Shown here: positions 55,008 through 64,000 of the stretch, one piece after another
Numbering within the stretch: the stretch's first letter is position 1
Layout of the letters: every line of letters starts with the position of its first letter
Notes under the pieces: model-generated
What the model was told of the DNA's origin: nothing
Databases searched by the model: none
The model's input: only the letters and a program-made list of their open reading frames with translations
Program-made: the position numbers and the translations under genes
Source: Octopus vulgaris
Lineage: Eukaryota
Reading direction: 5' to 3'
DNA length: 64,000 nucleotides
Assembly (NCBI GenBank): GCA_951406725.2
Contig: OX597841.1
Location: 15,004,001-15,068,000 of the forward strand

Positions 55008-55265
55008 AGTGTATATAAATGTGTGTGTATATATGTATAAATATATATATATAAATGTATATATATATATGTATACATGAATATATATATATATATATAT
55101 ACATATATTTATGTATATATATATATGTATATATATATATAAGTGTATACATATGAGTATATATGTGTATATATATAAATGTGTATACATATACATATAT
55201 AAGTGTATATATATATGAGTATATATGTTTATATATATACATAAATGTGTAAGTATATATATATG

Positions 55266-55301
<36 letters not shown>

Positions 55302-55354
55302 TATATATTGCCTCTAAATAAGTGCATTCGTAAATACATACCTATATACACACG

Positions 55355-55449
<95 letters not shown>

Positions 55450-55879
55450 ATGTATTCATACATACATACAAATATGTATAAAACAACAAATATAAACACA
55501 TACACACATGTATATTCTCCCCCCCCCCCCCCCACAAATATATGTACGCATAAGTATGTATACATATATACACGCACCGATGTATACGCACACATGTACA
55601 CGCACACACTCACACATACACACGTTTCTATTTTTTTCTTCTTTTTTTCTTCGGCACTCGGTATTTTTCGATGCTGAATCTTAGAATTTCTGAGGAATAT
55701 CATGTTGACGTCGTCATGGTGATTACGGGAGTTTGAACATGATGATGGTGGTGGTGGTTGTGGTGATGATGATGGTGATGATGATGGTGATGATGATGAT
55801 GTTGATGGTGGTGGTGGTGATGGTGAAGGTGGTGATGGTGATGATGAGGATGATGGTGATGATGATGATGGTGATGGTA

Positions 55880-55911
<32 letters not shown>

Positions 55912-56139
55912 GGTGGTGATGATGATGGCTGTGATGATGATGATGATGATGGTGGTGGTGATGGTGATGATGATGATGATGATGGTGGTGGTGATGGTGA
56001 TGATGATGATGGTGGTTGTTATAGTGGTGCTAGTAGTGGCTTCTATATGTCATGGCGGCGAAGCATATGTTTCTGTGACGATGGTTATACACACACACAT
56101 ATATAATATCTATAGATATACATACATACATATACAGAC

Positions 56140-56191
<52 letters not shown>

Positions 56192-56316
56192 GTGTGTGTG
56201 TGTGTGTGTGCGTGTGATAAATCCAAAAAAATGAGGATCAAACACAAAAAAACAACAACGCAAGGACGTGGTACATGTAAAGTATTAGCAGACGCTGAGG
56301 GAAGGGAAGAAAGACG

Positions 56317-56352
56317 GCTTAACGTTTCGAGCAGACGCTCTTCTTCAGAAAC
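56317..56352 (-). ncRNA. Minimal HHR, canonical core, in H2 element 56218-56360
   Basis: Minus: GTTT-CTGAAGA-A-GAGC(GTCT)GCTC-GAA-ACGT-T-AAGC. Confidence 0.72.
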
Positions 56353-57190
56353 AGGAGACATCTCGTTTGCTATTATTTGTCGTAAGTCCAAAACGTTGCT
56401 TTTTCAGAAAATGAGAAAATAGTTTCACCATTCCATAGCAAAACCTTCGTACTACACTTTGACAATTTTTGATACCTTGGCATCTGAAGTGGCTGGAGAT
56501 ACGATAGTTTGACCAAAAGAACCGGCTATTGCAAGCAGAAATAAATATTGATGTATGTATGTATGTGTGTGTGTATGTATGTATGTATGTATGAATGTAT
56601 GTATGTATGTATGTATGTATGTATGTATGTATGTATGTATGTATGTATGTATGTATGTGTGTGTGTATGTATGTATGTATGTATGAATGTATGTATGTAT
56701 GTGTGTGTGTATGTATGTATGTATGTATGTATGTATGTATGTATGTATGTATGTATGTATGTATGTATGTATGTATGTATGTATGTATGTATGTATGTAT
56801 GTATGTGTGTGTATGTATGTATGTATGTATGTATGTATGTATGTATGTATGTATGTATGTATGTATGTATGTGTGTATGTATGTATGTATGTATGTATGT
56901 TTGTATGTATGTGTGTGTGTATCTGTGTTTGTTCCACCGCACCCCATCACTTGACCACCGGTTCAGCAAAAGATACCGATAGACTAAGTACTAGGCTTAC
57001 AAAAAAGAAGTCGTGGGATCGATTTGTTCGACTGAAAAAGTGGTGCTGCAGCAAGGCCGCAGTTAAATGACTGAAACAAGTAAAAGAGTAAAAGAGGGAA
57101 AATTTCAGCTATTTGTCCGTCGAGTGAAAAAATGATGAACAGCCTGGATCGATTATCGAACCTTATTGAGTTCTCATCAGAGGCGTCTAC

Positions 57191-57241
<51 letters not shown>

Positions 57242-57473
57242 ACACACGCATACACTCACACACACACACATACACTCACACACACACTCACAAATACACA
57301 CACACACTCACAAATACACACACACACTCACAAATACACACACACACTCACACACACACACATACACTCACACACACACTCACAATACTCACACTCACAC
57401 ACACACACTCACACTCACACACACACACACTCACACACTCACACACACACTCTCTCACCCCCCCCCACACATT

Positions 57474-57694
57474 TAGGAGGGGTGTTGAAAAGTTCCTGGC
57501 TTTGGGTCAAAGAAAATATAGGAGGATCAGTTAATTATGATTTTTATTCAACATATCCTCTTATCAGATTCACACACTCATTGCAGGGGTCCTTCAGTTT
57601 TTCTAAACCCTGTAAAAGACACAAGAGCTTGGGCCTCCAACCAGGCCCTTCGCGATACCCTTAAAGCCAGGAGCTTTCCAGCCCCCACCCCTTA
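57474..57694 (+). mobile_element. Mariner-type MITE
   Basis: Same family as 16373-16596. Confidence 0.75.
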
Positions 57695-58216
57695 CAGACA
57701 AACATTATCAATAAATCGTTTCAAGAAAATGTGTTTGCAAATTGAAAAAAAAAATTAAATAAAACAATATAAATAAATAAACAAAAACGTTTATAAGTAA
57801 ATAAATTTATTGACAAAGGAAATTTTAGACTTTTTTTTGCTTGTTTATTTTTCTGAAAACCAGGGAAACCGAAAATAACTTCTCTCCTCGAAAAAGAAAA
57901 TTAAGAATAGCTTTGTTAGGAAAAACTTTTGTTTTTCGTTTTTTTTCGTTTGAATTAAAATTGCTTAAAGGATTAAAAATTTAACACACACACACACACA
58001 GAGGCGAAGGAGTGGCTGTGTGGTAAGTAGCTTGCTTACCAGCCACATGGTTCCGGGTTCAGACCCACTCAGTGGCACCTTGGGCAAGTGTCTTCTACTA
58101 TATCCACGGACCGCCCAAAGCCTTGTGAGTGGATCTGGCAGACGGAAACTGAAAGAAGCCCGTCGAACGCATATATATATAAATATATATATATACATAT
58201 ACACACACATACACAG

Positions 58217-58379
58217 AGGCGCAGGAGTGGCTGTGTGGCAAGCAGCTTGCTAAGCAACCACATGGTTCCGGGTTCAGTCCCACTGCGTGGCATCTTGGGC
58301 AACTGTCTTCTGCTATAGCCCCGGGACGACTAATGCCTTGTGAGTGGATTTCGTAGACGGAAACTGAAAGAAGCCCGTC

Positions 58380-58467
<88 letters not shown>

Positions 58468-58668
58468 TTGTGTGTCTGTGTTTGTCCCCCTAGCATTGCT
58501 TCACAACCGATGCTGGTGTGTTTACATCACCGTCACCGAGCGGTTCGGCAAAAGAGACCAATAGAATAAGTACTGGGCTTACAAAGAATAAGTCCCGGGG
58601 TCGATTTGCTCGACTAAAGGCGGTGCTCCAGCATGGCCGCAGTCAAATGACTGAAACAAATAAAAGAG

Positions 58669-58670
<2 letters not shown>
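58217..58670 (+). mobile_element. SINE family A, full length (preceded by 5' half at 58002-58166)
   Basis: Head to tail match. Confidence 0.9.
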
Positions 58671-58699
<29 letters not shown>

Positions 58700-59061
58700 G
58701 TAGGGAGAGAGAGAGAGAGTGAGTGAGAGAGAGAGAGAGAGAGAGATCTTATGAGAGGTAATGGTTTCAATAAGACCCAAAGGTGTCAGGTAATGCTGAG
58801 TAAGTGCTATAGATAGATCATAGTTAAGTTCCATGAAGGGATATAATAAATACCCTGGAAACAGCTGTAAGACCTACTTATAAATGTTCTAAAATCTTCA
58901 CAGCCTTGGATTTTTTATCTCTTTCTGAAAAAATATTATATATATATATATATATAGATATAAAGTTAATCCAAACAAGAAAGCACAAAAAACACAGCAA
59001 CACGAGGACGTGGAACAAATATAGTATTATTGGACGCTCAGGAAGGAAGGGAAGAAGGAGG

Positions 59062-59097
59062 GTTTAACGTTTCGAGTCGGAGCTCTTCGTCAGAAAC
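59062..59097 (-). ncRNA. Minimal HHR, canonical core, in H2 element 58962-59165
   Basis: Minus: GTTT-CTGACGA-A-GAG(CTCCGA)CTC-GAA-ACGT-T-AAAC. Confidence 0.7.
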
Positions 59098-59250
59098 ATA
59101 GAAGGAAAGATCCAGAGAAGGGAAGACAGAGGAAAAAAAATCGCCAACGGTACACACGCGGTCACAACACACATACATATATGCGCACATACATATATAC
59201 ATACATACATACATACATACATACATACATACATACATACTTAAGTAAGT

Positions 59251-59636
59251 GAGCAGGAGTGGCTGTGTGGCAAGTAGCTTGCTTACCAACCACATGGTTC
59301 CGGGTTCAGTCCCACTCCGTGGCACCTTGGGCAAGTGTCTTACACTCGGGCCGACCAAAGCCTTGCGAGTGGATTTGGTGGACAGAAACTGAAAGAAGCC
59401 TGTCGTATATATATATATATATGTATACGCTTGTGTGTCTATGTTTGTCCCCCCACCATCGACTGACAACTGATGTTGGTGTGTCTCCGCCCGTGACTTA
59501 GCGATTCGGCAAAAGAGAACAATACAATAAGTACTAGGCTTACGTAGAATAAATCCAGGTGGCGATTTACTCGACTAAAGGCGGTGCTCCAGCATGGCCG
59601 CAGTCAAATGACTGAAACAAATAAAAGAATAAAAGA
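59251..59636 (+). mobile_element. SINE family A
   Basis: Matches family consensus. Confidence 0.85.
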
Positions 59637-60218
59637 TATATATATATGGCCACAGCTCGTGAGCTGAAACTAGAATCAATCAATCATATATATATATATA
59701 TATATATACATGCATATATATATACACACATTACAAGACATTTGGATGTGATTTGAGGGAGACTTGGTTGCTATTTCTACCAGGTCTAGTTTCATGTTGA
59801 GTTCTTTGTTGGCTTATACTAACGTCCATCCATCCATCCATCTATGGAGTGTTGTTTAAAAGAATTTGGTTGTTATTTCTAGCAAGTCTTGCCACCAGGT
59901 AGACGGACTTTCATGATATGAGACGGTGTAAAGAATGATTGCCGTTACCACAGCAACCGTCTCGAACTGATTGGCCTCGAATGGTGATGGGTGATGGGTG
60001 GAGGAAAAAGTAAGGACGAGTGCGGGGTGGGAGGGAGGGAGTGGTGGTGGGTCCAGAGACGGCAGAGTTGTTTCGGTACAGCGAGCTAGACGGGGTGGGC
60101 TGTGTGTGTGTGTGTGTGTGGAGGAGAGAGAGAGAGAAAGAGAAAGAGAATAAGAGAGGGAGAACGGAAAAAGAAAAAAAGATGGCGTAGAGAAAGAAGA
60201 GAGAGAGAGAGAGAGAGG

Positions 60219-60293
<75 letters not shown>

Positions 60294-60702
60294 GGAAGAG
60301 AAGCAAAAAGCGCGGAAGTTGTGATCGGAATTCTTGAAGCGAAGAGAGATAGAAATGTGATGAGGATGGAGATGATGAGGACGAAATGGGAAGAGGAGGA
60401 GGTGGAGGAGGGAGGAAAGAGGGAAGTGGCAGAGATGGAGAGACTGTGAGAGGAGGAGGGCGGGGAAGCAGTGGTGGCGGCGATGGTGGTTGGGGTGTGT
60501 TTCGAAGTGAGGTACATTAAATTGTTTAGTCTTCGAATCAGCGTGGCCAGCCGACCAGCCAAAACAGACGGGCAGCAGGGCTCGCTCTCCAGCTTCCGCT
60601 GCTGCTGCTCCGACTGATGCTGCTGCTGCAGCTACTACTACTACTACTGCTACTACTGCTACTACCGGCGTTTCTTCCCAATCGTTCAACACCTTTTCTC
60701 TG

Positions 60703-61235
<533 letters not shown>

Positions 61236-61554
61236 CTCTTAATCCATCCGGGTAGCTGTCAACCTATCTATCCCTCTATATATCTGTGGCTTTCTTCCTT
61301 CCTTCCTTCCTTCTTTCCTTCCTTCCTTCCTTCCTTTCTTCCTTCCTTCTTTCCTTCCACCCCCTCTCTGCCCCCCACTCCACCCCGTCTGTCTACTGTC
61401 TGTGTGTCCGTTTGTTTTGACTTTTGTATCTCAATAACACTCTACCAAAATTCAACGTTTATGCTTTTTGCGCGCGCCCGAGTGTTGTGTGTGTGTGAGT
61501 TCGCATAAACATACATACATACGTGTGTATATATATGCTACCTACCTTTCAATC

Positions 61555-61602
<48 letters not shown>

Positions 61603-61905
61603 ACATACCTACATACACACACACACACATATATATATATGTATATATATACGTAGGTTGTTTATCAACTAAACTATTGCACTCGACATTTGTATTGAGT
61701 ACAACTCTGAATAGTTACTTCATTACGGGGACATTATATATCACACACCTATACATACATACATACATGCATGCATACATGCATACATACATATATATAT
61801 ATGCAAGCCTATATATGTATGTGTATGTGCGCACGTAAACACACACATGTGTATGGTTGGCTAAAAATATATAGTTATGTAAAAGTCGTAAACACTTAGG
61901 CAGAC

Positions 61906-61952
<47 letters not shown>

Positions 61953-62063
61953 TGTATATATATATATACATCTGTAGTATTTTTATATCTAATTGTCTAC
62001 CTTCCTCCTTTCTTTCCTTCTTTCTTTTTTCTCACCTTTCTATATCTGTACATACATACCTAC

Positions 62064-62123
<60 letters not shown>

Positions 62124-62158
62124 ATATACACATATATATATATTCATATATATGTACA

Positions 62159-62282
62159 ACTACTACTACTACTACTACTACTACTGCTGCTACAATTGCT
62201 ACTACTTCTACTACTGCTACTACTACTACTACTACTACTATTACTACTACTACTATTACTACTACTTCTATCGCTGCTGCTG

Positions 62283-62320
<38 letters not shown>

Positions 62321-62333
62321 GCTACAATTGCTG

Positions 62334-62366
<33 letters not shown>

Positions 62367-62417
62367 TTACTACTACTACTACTACTACTACTACTGCTGC
62401 TGCTGCTACTACTACTA

Positions 62418-62449
<32 letters not shown>

Positions 62450-62462
62450 ACTACTACTGCTG

Positions 62463-62530
<68 letters not shown>

Positions 62531-62559
62531 ATTACTGCTGCTACTACTACTACTACTAC
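62159..62559. repeat. (CTA)n/(CTG)n compound tract
   Basis: Direct reading. Confidence 0.95.
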
Positions 62560-62667
62560 CTCAGATGTAACTTATTTTCCAACTTAGTTGTACACTTCTT
62601 GTCGCGAATACCACTACCTCACCCCCACCCCCCACCACCACTACTACTCTCATCCCCATCACCCATC

Positions 62668-62702
<35 letters not shown>

Positions 62703-62951
62703 CAATTCCCTGTTCCCCTTATTGTCTCTCTTTCACTCCGTCTGTCTGTCTGTCTCTCTATGTTTAAATCTAAATCTATGTCTCTCTCTGTTTTTCTGTT
62801 TTTCTCTCTCTCTCTTTCTCTCTCTCTCTCTCCATGTCTACCTGTCTGTCTCTTTCTCCCCCCTCTCTCTCTTTCTCTGTCGGTATGTACCTACACCTAT
62901 CTCTCTGTTTCTCTTCCTATCTTTAAGCCTAAATCTTTCTCTCTCTGTCTG

Positions 62952-63046
<95 letters not shown>

Positions 63047-63195
63047 GTCTCTCTCTCTCTGTCACCTCACTCTCTCTATGTCTATATATATCGTTCTCCC
63101 TCTCTCTTTATCTCTATCTCTCTCTATATGTCTCTCTATCTCTCTTTATCTATGTATGTATCTGTATGTTTCTCTCTTCTACTTTCACTTTCGGT

Positions 63196-63261
<66 letters not shown>

Positions 63262-63353
63262 ATCAACATTCAATATTCCTATCATAACTCTTTGACTCCC
63301 TTTCTCCCCACCCACACACCCTCCCACTCTTCCTCTCCCTCTCTAAGTTACTC

Positions 63354-63387
<34 letters not shown>

Positions 63388-63567
63388 CTTCACCCCTCTC
63401 TCTCTCTTTCTGTCCATTCCATATCTATTCTCATTTATTTGAGTATTAGGTAAGTTCCAGATTTCCAGCATCTTCCGTCCAAGACCACCACCACCACCAC
63501 CACCACCACCACCACCACCAAAACTACCACCAAAACCACCACCACCACCACCACCACCACCACCACC

Positions 63568-63616
<49 letters not shown>

Positions 63617-64000
63617 CCACCACCACCACCACCACCACCACCACCACCACCACCACCACCACCACCACCACCAACAACACCGCCGACGCTGCCGCCGCCG
63701 CCACCATTCCATATCTTACTCCCTTTCTCCCTACTCGACTAGCCTCCTACCACACCCACCACGGTCTCCGCCTCCGCCTCCGCCGCCGCCGCCGCCGCCA
63801 TCGTCTCGTTCTTTCCCCCACAGTCAAAACTAGACCCGACGAGACGAGCCAACGAGTGGGGACCCTGTATGTGGTCACTAAGCTGGGACCTGCTAGAAAT
63901 ACCAGCTAAGAAACTCATTCACTCACAAAACTTACACTTTCATAACCAGACACACACACACACACAAACACACACACGCACACAAACACACACAGGCACA

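Noticed and set aside
56400-56545. Possible small minus-strand exon
   Set aside because: Weak splice signals and no recognisable peptide

Overview
Eukaryotic, gene-poor, repeat-saturated window; the SINE families and the very high (TA)n/(CA)n/(TACA)n/(TCTA)n load point to a cephalopod (Octopus) genome. Nearly all ORFs in the track are microsatellite translations. No host protein-coding gene can be supported. Real coding remnants are all from mobile elements: a Penelope-like (PLE) GIY-YIG endonuclease 3' fragment inside a near-perfect 734-bp inverted repeat, two decayed mariner transposases, CR1-type LINE ends, an R4/Dong-type RLE scrap and a possible Ty3/gypsy RNase H scrap. The main hidden signal is a dense set of short PLE-type elements, from at least six sequence-unrelated families, that carry minimal type I hammerhead ribozyme (HHR) motifs with self-complementary stem III. 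Most sit in or against (TA)n tracts and several are duplicated as back-to-back palindromes. One family has a compensated G3:C8 catalytic core (GUGAACA), several have a C4 core (CCGANGA), and two copies are truncated or inverted almost exactly at the predicted cleavage site. A second pattern is SINE multimerisation: 184-bp concatemers with the same junction at four loci, and an 11-unit ~142-bp array built from a SINE 3' end. All RNA folds were read by eye and are untested.
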